Shown: positions 38,097 through 46,981 of the stretch, one piece after another
Layout: each line of letters starts with the position of its first letter
Position numbering within the stretch: position 1 is the stretch's first letter
Origin: an uncultured Thermodesulfobacteriota bacterium
Lineage (GTDB): Bacteria > Desulfobacterota > GWC2-55-46 > JADFVP01
Length of the DNA: 58,976 bases
Assembly: GCA_964567185.1 (NCBI GenBank)
Contig: CAZMKZ010000005.1
Span: 1-58,976, forward strand
Reading direction: 5' to 3'
The notes under the pieces: model-generated
Database searches by the model: none
Told to the model about the DNA's origin: nothing
The model's input: only the letters and a program-made list of their open reading frames with translations
Program-made: the position numbers and the translations under genes

Positions 38097-38098
38097 AT

Positions 38099-39694
38099 CT
38101 ATCTCTTCCCCGCGTTAAGATGATCCGAGGGCATATTATCTATCATGGCCAGGGTCTTAGAGGCCCCCGGCATGCGGCCTGCCGCGTGATAGTTGCGCTC
38201 CACCTGGTCTACGAGCCTCGTAAGCGATGCGTCCATGGCGTGCAGGAAGGGCTTCGGAAAGAGCCCTATCCAGAAGATAAGGACCGTGAAGGAAAGCGCT
38301 ACTATTATCTCACGGCAGTTCAGGTCCTTAAGCGTATGGTTGCCCACATAAGAGTATTCGCCGAGAAAGACCCTCTGGAAGAGCCAGAGCAGGTACACGG
38401 TGCCAAGCAGTACCCCGACGGCCACGACAACGGCGTAAAACCAGCTGGCCTTGAATGCGCCTATAAGGACGTAGAGCTCGCCTATGAAACCGTTTGTAGA
38501 GGGCATGCCCATTGATGAGAGGACCACGACGAGGAAGAAGAACCCGAAGATGGGCATGCGCTTGAAGAGCCCCGTGTAGTCGCCTATCATCCTTGTATGC
38601 GTCCTCTCGTATATCATGCCCACAAGCAGGAATAGCGCGCCCGTGGAAATGCCGTGGTTTATCATCTGTATGAGTCCGCCCTTTATGCCCTCCACATTCA
38701 GCACAAAGACACCGAGCATGACAAAACCCATGTGGCTTACGCTGGAATAGGCAATAATCTTTTTTATGTCCTTCTGCGCTATGGTGACAAGGGCCCCGTA
38801 GATAATGGCAAAGAGTGATATGCCTATCATGAGAGGAGAGAAGTAAAAACTCGCGTTGGGAAGCAGAGGCAGGCTGAACCTTACAAAGGCGTAGGTCCCA
38901 AGCTTCAAGAGCACGGCCGCCAGTATGATACTTCCCGCCGTAGGCGCGTCGGTATGGGCGTCAGGCAGCCAGGTATGTAGCGGGAACATGGGCACCTTGA
39001 CGGCAAAACCCAGGGCAAAGGCGATAAATATCCAGAATTGAATGGCCGGCGCAAGTGGCGTAAGTGCGAGTATCGTAGAATCAAAGGTGTAAACACCGGT
39101 AATACTGCCGTGGTAATAGTACAGGGTTATCATCCCGAGAAGCATGAAGAGGCTTCCGAGGAAGGTAAAGAGAAAGAACTTTATGGCGGAATATAGTTTT
39201 CTCTGGCCGCCCCATATAGCTATGATAAAGACCATGGGCACGAGCACCGCCTCCCAGAAGACATAGAAGAGGAAGAGGTCCTGGGCCATGAAGACGCCGA
39301 GAGAGCAGGTCTCCGTAAATAGAAAGAGCGCCATGTAGCCCCTTAGCCTGATTTTAATATCCTTCCATGAGGCGAGGACGCAGACAACGGTGATAAAGGT
39401 GGTAAGGAGCACGAGGAGCAGGCTTATGCCGTCTACTCCCATGTAATAGGAAATGCCGAAAGACTTTATCCAGACATGCTTCTCAACCCACTGAAAACCC
39501 GGGTTGGAGGTGTCAAAGGTAAGGGGCAGGTAGAGCGAGAGGATAAAGACTATACTTGAGACGACCAGGGCCGTCCACCTGATGAGGACCTTGTCCTCTT
39601 TATTCATAAAGAGGATTACAAGGGCCCCCAGCGAAGGGAGAAAGGTCAGTACGGAAAGGATGGGCCAGGAAGCGGCTGCATCAATCGGTGTCAT
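38099..39694 (-). CDS. nuoM: NADH-quinone oxidoreductase subunit M (second copy)
   Basis: FYVFWE, KVPMFPLHTWLPDAH, LKLG, IAYSSVSH, GFIGE. Confidence 0.96.
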   Translation of the reverse strand: MTPIDAAASWPILSVLTFLPSLGALVILFMNKEDKVLIRWTALVVSSIVFILSLYLPLTFDTSNPGFQWVEKHVWIKSFGISYYMGVDGISLLLVLLTTFITVVCVLASWKDIKIRLRGYMALFLFTETCSLGVFMAQDLFLFYVFWEAVLVPMVFIIAIWGGQRKLYSAIKFFLFTFLGSLFMLLGMITLYYYHGSITGVYTFDSTILALTPLAPAIQFWIFIAFALGFAVKVPMFPLHTWLPDAHTDAPTAGSIILAAVLLKLGTYAFVRFSLPLLPNASFYFSPLMIGISLFAIIYGALVTIAQKDIKKIIAYSSVSHMGFVMLGVFVLNVEGIKGGLIQMINHGISTGALFLLVGMIYERTHTRMIGDYTGLFKRMPIFGFFFLVVVLSSMGMPSTNGFIGELYVLIGAFKASWFYAVVVAVGVLLGTVYLLWLFQRVFLGEYSYVGNHTLKDLNCREIIVALSFTVLIFWIGLFPKPFLHAMDASLTRLVDQVERNYHAAGRMPGASKTLAMIDNMPSDHLNAGKR

Positions 39695-41277
39695 CTCCGC
39701 CCTCCTTCCACTGTCTGCGCATCCATGGCGTCGCTCGTCTCATGGTTCAGGGCCAGCTCCATTGCCTCTGCTTTCTCGTGGTTTGTGGCTACCAGGGCGG
39801 CAAGGTGTGTGGTAGTGGCCTTTGTGTAGCCGAGTATGTGTTTCGGATAGATGCCTATCCAGAACACAAGGGCGACTATGGGCAGGAGGGTTATCACCTC
39901 ACGGGCGTTCAGGTCTTTTAACGCCTCGTTCTCAGGCCGTGTGACCTTGCCGAAGAGCACCCTCTGGGACATCCAGAGCATGTACGCCGCCCCAAGGATG
40001 ACACCTGTGGCCGCCAGCACGGCGGCTATGGGGCTGGACTTGAAGAGACCCAGTAGTATGAGAATCTCGCCCACAAAGCCGTTAGTCGCCGGAAGGCCTA
40101 CGGACGAGAAGACTATTATCATAAAGAGGGCCGAGAAGACCGGCATTACCTTTGCTATGCCGCCAAAATCGGCTATCTGCCTTGTATGCCTGCGCTCGTA
40201 TATCATGCCTATTATAAGGAAGAGGCCCCCTGTGGATATGCCGTGATTTATCATCTGAAGGACGCCGCCGTCTATCCCCTGCTGATTGAGGGCGAAGATA
40301 CCGGCCATTACGGCCCCGAGATGGGCCACGCTGGAATAGGCCACAAGTTTTTTCACATCAGACTGCGCCATGGCGAGCAAAGACCCGTATATTATGCCGA
40401 TAACGGCAAGGACTATGATGTATGGGGTAAAAACGCGCGTGGCGTCGGCCAGAAGAGGAAGATTGAACCTCAGAAAACCGTAGGTACCCATTTTCAGGAG
40501 CACACCGGCGAGTATGACACTGCCTGCCGTAGGCGCCTCAACATGGGCGTCGGGCAGCCATGTATGAAAAGGAAACACTGGCACCTTGATGGCAAAACCG
40601 AGGAAAAAGGTAAGGAATATCCACCACTGCAGGTTATAGGGGTAGACGACCTCATAGAGTTTCAGGAGGTTAAAGGTATATTCGCCCGTAATACTGCCGT
40701 GAGAGAAATAGAGGGCGAGTATGCCAACAAGCATGAAGACACTGCCAAATAGCGTATAGAGGAAGAACTTTATATTGGCGTAGAGCTTTCTCGGGCCACC
40801 CCATACGCCTATAAGGAAGTACATGGGTATGAGCCCTATCTCCCAGAAGAGGAAGAAGAGTATCATGTCCATTGAGACAAAGACGCCTATCATGCCTGTT
40901 TCAAGGATGAGCATATATATCATGTACTCCTTGACCCTCTCCGTAACAGCCGTCCACGAGCAGAGTATGGCTATGATGGAAAGGAAGGTGGTTAGGAGCA
41001 CAAGGGTAAGGCCGATGCCGTCCATTCCGAGGAAATAACTCACGCCTATGCCGGGTATCCACGAGGCCATTTCCACAAACTGCATCTTGTACGTAGTGGT
41101 ATCAAAGGCAAAGAGCGGCACAAGGGAGATGCAGAAATTAATAATGGCAAAACCGAGGGCCGCCATTCTCAGCACCTCTTTTTTCCGTGCGGGAAGAAGG
41201 GCAAGGACTACCGCGCCAATGGCCGGCACAAAAATCAAGACGCTCAATATGGGAAAATGCAGGACATTCTCTATCAT
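39691..41277 (-). CDS. nuoM: NADH-quinone oxidoreductase subunit M (first copy)
   Basis: FFLFWE, KVPVFPFHTWLPDAHVEAP, LKMG, GFVGE. Confidence 0.96.
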   Translation of the reverse strand: MIENVLHFPILSVLIFVPAIGAVVLALLPARKKEVLRMAALGFAIINFCISLVPLFAFDTTTYKMQFVEMASWIPGIGVSYFLGMDGIGLTLVLLTTFLSIIAILCSWTAVTERVKEYMIYMLILETGMIGVFVSMDMILFFLFWEIGLIPMYFLIGVWGGPRKLYANIKFFLYTLFGSVFMLVGILALYFSHGSITGEYTFNLLKLYEVVYPYNLQWWIFLTFFLGFAIKVPVFPFHTWLPDAHVEAPTAGSVILAGVLLKMGTYGFLRFNLPLLADATRVFTPYIIVLAVIGIIYGSLLAMAQSDVKKLVAYSSVAHLGAVMAGIFALNQQGIDGGVLQMINHGISTGGLFLIIGMIYERRHTRQIADFGGIAKVMPVFSALFMIIVFSSVGLPATNGFVGEILILLGLFKSSPIAAVLAATGVILGAAYMLWMSQRVLFGKVTRPENEALKDLNAREVITLLPIVALVFWIGIYPKHILGYTKATTTHLAALVATNHEKAEAMELALNHETSDAMDAQTVEGGRR

Positions 41278-41530
41278 AGTATATTTTCTCTTTTGCCTTC
41301 AGCCGTCTTTAACATCTTGAGTTAAATCCCTCTATGAAGGCCATACTTGCAGACCTTTTTGTCCCCGGCTTTTTTCCGCGGCCTTTTAACATTATCTCCG
41401 GGACCATCTTTTGCCCCATGGCAAAAAGGGTTTTCATATCCCCCCCCTCCACTCCCGGTCTTACTCCCCTTGCGCCCTGCCCGCGCGCCCCACTGCCCCG
41501 CGCCGCCCCCTCATGCCCAAAATCAAGGCC

Positions 41531-43621
41531 TCAGCCGATCATAGCCCGTACTATGAGAACGATTACGCCGAGGATTAATACGAGGGCGTAGTTCTGTAGA
41601 TAGCCGGTCTGAAGCCTGCGCCAGATACCGCTCTTAACGGTAACAATGGTGGACATGGAATTTATTAAGCCGTCGATGATGTATATATCGAACTTATGGG
41701 ATATCCACGAAGCAAGCCTCGTGCACCATGCCGCGCCGTTGACGATGCCGTCGATGACCCCGAGGTCAAAGGCCCAGCACCATGCGCAGAGCCTCTTTAT
41801 GGGGTTTATTATGAGGGCGTCGTATATCTCGTCTACGTAGTACTTGTTGTAAAGCAATTTATGAAGCCCCCTGAATTTCCCGGCAATGGCCTCGGGATTC
41901 ATGAACGACGGGGCCCCTGACTTCATGGGCGCGTAGTACATGAGCGCCGCGAGGAAGATTCCGAATACGCCCACAGCCACGGAGACGGCCATGAGGATAT
42001 ATTCTGTACTGCTATGGGCCGCCTCGTGCGCGGCTTCGGCCACATGGGCCCCTCCGACGGCCATGGCCGCCAGGGCCACATGGGCGCCGTTTGATACCGC
42101 CGCGGTCGCTTCTTCCGCGCCATGGCCGAAGACAGGGCTCAGGAAGTGATGCAGCCTTGAGCCTCCGGCGAAAAAGGGTATGCCCACTACCCCGCCCACA
42201 ATGGCCAGCACGGCAAGCACGATAAGCGGTACGGTCATGGCGGAAGGCGATTCGTGGAGATGCTCTTTTGTATGGGCATCGGCTCTGCATTTGCCGGAAA
42301 AGGTCATGAATACCTGACGGAACATATAGAAGGCCGTAAGGAATGCCGTAAAGAGCCCTACCGCCCATATGATGTAATGGCCGCCGCTGAAAGACTCCCA
42401 TAGTATCTCGTCTTTACTCCAGAAACCGCTTAGCGGCGGTATGCCGGAGATGGCCAGCGCCCCGATGATAAACGTAGTGGATGTTATCTTCATGTGCGAG
42501 TGAAGCCCGCCCATCTTTCTCATGTCCTGCTCGTCGGACATGGCGTGTATGACACTGCCGGAGCCGAGGAAGAGAAGACCCTTGAAGAAGGCGTGCGTCA
42601 TGAGATGGAAGACGCCTGCCGTGTAGGCCCCAAGGCCCACGGCGGCGAACATGTAGCCGAGCTGGCTCACGGTGGAGTAGGCGAGCACTTTTTTAATATC
42701 GTTCTGCACAAGCCCTATGGTAGCGGCGAAAAGGGCCGTAAATATTCCCACGATGGCAACGGCATGGCCCACGGAAGGAACCATTGAATAAATGGCGCTG
42801 TTACGCGCCACCATGTAGACTCCGGCCGTTACCATGGTTGCGGCGTGTATGAGGGCCGAGACCGGGGTGGGGCCCTCCATGGCGTCGGGAAGCCATACAT
42901 AGAGAGGGAATTGGGCGGATTTACCCACCGCGCCCACAAAGAGCAGAGCGGCCACAAGGGTGAGAGTGCCGTGGCTTAAGTGATGTATATTGGCGAAGAC
43001 CTCTTTATAGCTCAGCGAATGTATGCCGTGGGCAGAGAGGCTCCAGAAGAGGATAAAGAGGCCGAGGATAAAACCGAAGTCTCCTATCCTGTTTACCACA
43101 AAGGCCTTCTTGCCCGCGTCGCTGGCTGACTTTTTATGATACCAGAACCCGATAAGGAGGTAGGAGCAGAGCCCCACGCCCTCCCAACCGAGGAAGAGGA
43201 CCAGATAGTTGGAGCCCAGGACCAGCATGAGCATGAAAAAGACAAAGAGGTTGAGGTATGAAAAGTATCTGTTGGAGCTGGCGTCGTGGTGCATGTAGCC
43301 GATGGAGTAGACGTGGATAAAGAACCCCACGCCCGTTACCACAAGTATCATCAGCGTGGAGAGGGGGTCCACGAGGAAGCTTATGTCAATATGGAATGAG
43401 CCGCTCGTAATCCATTGAAAGGCCATCACCTCCACGGAACGCTCCCCAGGCTCCATGCCCATGAGGCGGGTAAAGATAGAGATGGCCACAAGCAGGGAGA
43501 GGCCTATGGAAAGGCAGGCTATAATCCCGGCGGTCTTTCTGGGCATACGGCCGCAGAAGAGGCCATTTATAATGGCGCCTATCAAGGGAAGCAGCGGTAC
43601 CAGCCACACATAATCAATCAT
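41531..43621 (-). CDS. nuoL: NADH-quinone oxidoreductase subunit L (extended amphipathic helix)
   Basis: GWEGVGLCSY, GKSAQFP..WLPDAMEGPTPVSALIHAATMV, HAFFK. Confidence 0.97.
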   Translation of the reverse strand: MIDYVWLVPLLPLIGAIINGLFCGRMPRKTAGIIACLSIGLSLLVAISIFTRLMGMEPGERSVEVMAFQWITSGSFHIDISFLVDPLSTLMILVVTGVGFFIHVYSIGYMHHDASSNRYFSYLNLFVFFMLMLVLGSNYLVLFLGWEGVGLCSYLLIGFWYHKKSASDAGKKAFVVNRIGDFGFILGLFILFWSLSAHGIHSLSYKEVFANIHHLSHGTLTLVAALLFVGAVGKSAQFPLYVWLPDAMEGPTPVSALIHAATMVTAGVYMVARNSAIYSMVPSVGHAVAIVGIFTALFAATIGLVQNDIKKVLAYSTVSQLGYMFAAVGLGAYTAGVFHLMTHAFFKGLLFLGSGSVIHAMSDEQDMRKMGGLHSHMKITSTTFIIGALAISGIPPLSGFWSKDEILWESFSGGHYIIWAVGLFTAFLTAFYMFRQVFMTFSGKCRADAHTKEHLHESPSAMTVPLIVLAVLAIVGGVVGIPFFAGGSRLHHFLSPVFGHGAEEATAAVSNGAHVALAAMAVGGAHVAEAAHEAAHSSTEYILMAVSVAVGVFGIFLAALMYYAPMKSGAPSFMNPEAIAGKFRGLHKLLYNKYYVDEIYDALIINPIKRLCAWCWAFDLGVIDGIVNGAAWCTRLASWISHKFDIYIIDGLINSMSTIVTVKSGIWRRLQTGYLQNYALVLILGVIVLIVRAMIG

Positions 43622-43628
43622 AGAACAA

Positions 43629-43934
43629 CTAACCCTTCATCTCGTCAAGTTCGTCGACGTAGACCGTTTGTCTTCGCCTGTATACGCAGACGAGGATGGC
43701 AAGCCCGATGGCCACCTCGGCGGCGGCCACGGTAATATTAAAGACCACGAATACGGTGCCGTTAAGATTGCCCGTAAAATATGAGAAGGCCGCGAGCGCG
43801 ATATTTACGGCGTTGAATACAAGCTCAAGCGACATTAGCACTATGAGAATATTACGTCTTATGAGTACCCCGGCCACACCTGTGAGAAAGAGCAGGAAAC
43901 TCAGGACGAGAAAATGTGTAAGTGTAAGCGTCAT
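43629..43934 (-). CDS. nuoK: NADH-quinone oxidoreductase subunit K
   Basis: RRNILIVLMSLEL, AAAEVAIGLA. Confidence 0.96.
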   Translation of the reverse strand: MTLTLTHFLVLSFLLFLTGVAGVLIRRNILIVLMSLELVFNAVNIALAAFSYFTGNLNGTVFVVFNITVAAAEVAIGLAILVCVYRRRQTVYVDELDEMKG

Positions 43935-44449
43935 TATTTAAGAGCCTTTGTCTTTTCCTTCATTACGAGCACCACCGTGCCGACGAGCGCTATAAGGAGC
44001 AGCAGAGAGACCACCTCGAATGGGAAAATGTACTTCGTATAAAGCGCTCGGCCTATTACCTCGGTGTTTTTAGCTATGGCCGCCTCTTTAAAGGGGGCGC
44101 CGGGCACGGCGACCCTGCTCGAGAACATAAGGAGCCCGGAGACCACGAAGAGCGCGCCAAGGGCTATGAAGGCCGGAATGCTCTGGCCGTGAAACTTGTC
44201 GCCAAAGGTCTCATTACCCACTCCAAGCACCAGAACGGCGAACAAAAACAGCACCATCACCGCGCCAACGTAGACAAATACCTGTACGGCCGCGAGAAAT
44301 GGCGAGCGCAGAAGGACAAAGAGCGCGGCAACCTGCAGCAGGCATACGATGAGAAATAGGGTGCTGTGTATGGGGTTACGCGCCAGAACCACCGAGACGG
44401 CAGCGATGACGGCTATAATGGCGAATATATAGAAAAATATCTGTTCCAT
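43934..44449 (-). CDS. nuoJ: NADH-quinone oxidoreductase subunit J
   Basis: NPIHS, QVFVYVGAVMVLFLF, FPFEVVS. Confidence 0.95.
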   Translation of the reverse strand: MEQIFFYIFAIIAVIAAVSVVLARNPIHSTLFLIVCLLQVAALFVLLRSPFLAAVQVFVYVGAVMVLFLFAVLVLGVGNETFGDKFHGQSIPAFIALGALFVVSGLLMFSSRVAVPGAPFKEAAIAKNTEVIGRALYTKYIFPFEVVSLLLLIALVGTVVLVMKEKTKALK

Positions 44450-44676
44450 GACGTTATTTTGTCTTATCCTCTTTAGTACGGCAGGCCCTCTTTAACAACC
44501 GGCCGCTCAGTATCCAAAACCTTTCAATCCTACCCGTTAGCTATCCGGCCCATGCTATCCGGGCCCCTTCAGTGCCAGTCCTGCTTGATACCCCGCTCCC
44601 CTTCAGTAATAGGCCGGTTTTACACCCTGCCCCTTGCTACCCCCCCTTGATATCCGGCCCCTTGGAACCAGGCCCC

Positions 44677-45258
44677 TTACCAGCGCATCTTTTTCAGTCT
44701 TCCAAGGTCGGCGATGACCTTTATGCCCTCTTTATTCCTTATGAACTTTGCCTTTGCTATTCCCCCGCCCTTTATGTGCTCAGGAATGGACTGCGGAACA
44801 AGAAGCTCTTCTCTCTCATAGGTGGTCTTTGTGAGATCCGTGCATGAGAGTTCATAATCCCTTCCGAGGCGCAGGGCGCGCGTGGGGCAGGCGTCCTCGC
44901 AGTAACCGCAGAAGAGGCACCTTACAAGGTTTATCCTCCAGACCTTGGCCACCCTGTCGGTTATGCCCCTGCCCGTGTCATCCTCCATGGGTATGACTGT
45001 GATGCAGTTCGTGGGGCATGACTTTGAGCAAAGCTCGCAGGCCACACAGAGTTCTTTACCGTCAGAGGTGCGGTTAAGGGTATGACGGCCCCTGAAGCGC
45101 TGGTATGGTATCCATTTTTCCTCGTCAGGATACCTGATGGTAATAGATTTTGAAAAGAGGTAGCCAAGGGTTACGTGAAGCCCCTTTATAAAATCAATAA
45201 AGAGGGCGCTCCTGGCAAAATCTTTTATCCTCTTTCCGGCGCCGCATTTACAACTCAT
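44677..45258 (-). CDS. nuoI: NADH-quinone oxidoreductase subunit I
   Basis: CVACELCSKSCP and CLFCGYCEDACP; GAGGTG RBS before ATG 45258. Confidence 0.96.
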   Translation of the reverse strand: MSCKCGAGKRIKDFARSALFIDFIKGLHVTLGYLFSKSITIRYPDEEKWIPYQRFRGRHTLNRTSDGKELCVACELCSKSCPTNCITVIPMEDDTGRGITDRVAKVWRINLVRCLFCGYCEDACPTRALRLGRDYELSCTDLTKTTYEREELLVPQSIPEHIKGGGIAKAKFIRNKEGIKVIADLGRLKKMRW

Positions 45259-45293
45259 AAAAACACACCTCAAAAAAAACGCTCTAAAGAGCC

Positions 45294-46337
45294 CTATATC
45301 CTCATGAACCCTGTTATAAGGATGTTCACAAGGGAAATTGGTATCAATATCTTCCAGCCTATGTTCATGAGCTGGTCATATCTGTATCTTGGCAGTGTAA
45401 ACCTTACCCACATGAAGATATATATGAAGACGGCGGTCTTCGCGACGAACCAGAATATCCAAATAAAGGCATCCGGCACGAAGGGAAGCGTGTAATCAAT
45501 GGGCGGGTTCCACCCGCCGAAGAAGAGCACCACCGAGAGCACGGAGATGCTTACAAGGGCTATGTACTCGGCGAGCATGAAGAAAGAGAACCTCATGCCG
45601 CTGTATTCGGTATGGAAGCCCGCCGCAAGTGTGCCCTCATCCTCTGCAAGGTCAAAGGGTATGCGGTTTATCTCCGCCGTGCCCGCGATAATGAATATAA
45701 AGAACCAGACCGGCCCTACGGGCAGATAGAAGAAGTTCCAGTTCCAGAAACCTCCGCCCTGTGTCTTCACGATATCGACGAGGCTAAGGGAGTTCGACAT
45801 CATCACGACGCCCACGGCGGCAAAACTGAGGCCCAGCTCATAGCTTATCATCTGAGCCGCGCTCCGCAGCCCGCCGAGAAGGGCGTACTTGCTGTTGGAC
45901 GCCCACCCGCCGTATATCAGTCCGTATATGCCAAGCCCGCCGATGGCAAGTATGTAGAGGAGCCCCACGTTCATATCGGTGACGTAGAGTTTCATCTCCC
46001 AGCCGACAACAGGCAGGGTCCATGTATCCCCGATGGGTATGGCCACAAATACTGCGAAGGCCGGGACCATGGCGATAAGGGGCGCGAGTTTGAAGATGAA
46101 TTTATCGGCCTTGTCAGGGACGATATCCTCTTTCAGGAAGAGTTTTATGGTATCGGCGACAGGCTGCAGAATGCCGTGAGGCCCGACCCTGAAAGGGCCG
46201 AGGCGGGCGTGAATATGTCCTGCCACCTTTCTCTCTATCCACGTAAGCGGCATGGGCAGGGAAAAGAGTATCATGGTGAGGATTCCAACCTTTACCACCA
46301 GGACTATGACTGTCAATATAAGGTCTGTATTTATCAT
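45294..46337 (-). CDS. nuoH: NADH-quinone oxidoreductase subunit H
   Basis: ERK..RLGPFRVGP.G..Q..AD..K, SYE, NRIPFD, R.TLPRYRYDQLM. Confidence 0.97.
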   Translation of the reverse strand: MINTDLILTVIVLVVKVGILTMILFSLPMPLTWIERKVAGHIHARLGPFRVGPHGILQPVADTIKLFLKEDIVPDKADKFIFKLAPLIAMVPAFAVFVAIPIGDTWTLPVVGWEMKLYVTDMNVGLLYILAIGGLGIYGLIYGGWASNSKYALLGGLRSAAQMISYELGLSFAAVGVVMMSNSLSLVDIVKTQGGGFWNWNFFYLPVGPVWFFIFIIAGTAEINRIPFDLAEDEGTLAAGFHTEYSGMRFSFFMLAEYIALVSISVLSVVLFFGGWNPPIDYTLPFVPDAFIWIFWFVAKTAVFIYIFMWVRFTLPRYRYDQLMNIGWKILIPISLVNILITGFMRI

Positions 46338-46380
46338 ATCCTATCGTCCGAAAACATCATTACAAGGCCCGTTACCCGGC

Positions 46381-46857
46381 CTAACTGAACCTCTTTCTGC
46401 CCCACATGTAGTTTATCATCTCCATATACCGCGAGTTCATGCCCCGCACAATGGCGTGTATGGTAAAGACTATGTTTTTCATCAGCTTGTAGACTATCCA
46501 CGGATGGCCTTCGATGATGGTCTCAAAGTCTTTTCTGTTTATGACATAGACCTTAAGGTCCGAGATGGCCACGATGGTAGATGTATGGGGCCTGCCGTCC
46601 AGAAAGCTCATCTCGCCGAATATTTCGCCTTCCCTCATGATGGTCAGCGTAAAGAGCTCTCCGTCAGGAGCGGTCTTGCAGGCCTTTACCTCGCCTTTCT
46701 TGATGATATATATGCATTGACCGTCCTCTGATTCCTTGAATACAGTGTCGCCGAGATTATAACTCGCCTTCCGGGTCACGCCGGCAACCACCTTGACCTC
46801 GTCATCGGTGAGGTCGGCAAAAAACTGTTGCTCTCTTAAGAGTTCCGGATCTATCAT
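46381..46857 (-). CDS. Stand-alone cyclic-nucleotide-binding domain protein
   Basis: VFKESEDG..YIIKKGEV..GEIFGEMSFLDGRPH; no C-terminal HTH evident. Confidence 0.9.
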   Translation of the reverse strand: MIDPELLREQQFFADLTDDEVKVVAGVTRKASYNLGDTVFKESEDGQCIYIIKKGEVKACKTAPDGELFTLTIMREGEIFGEMSFLDGRPHTSTIVAISDLKVYVINRKDFETIIEGHPWIVYKLMKNIVFTIHAIVRGMNSRYMEMINYMWGRKRFS

Positions 46858-46981
46858 GGCACACCCCCGGCCCCGGTAAAAGGGGCCTCTTTTAGAAGTT
46901 GCACTCTGAAAAACACTCTATCGACATATCCCCGTCATTACCACACCACCCCACCATACCATACCCCCGGAGACAACGGGG

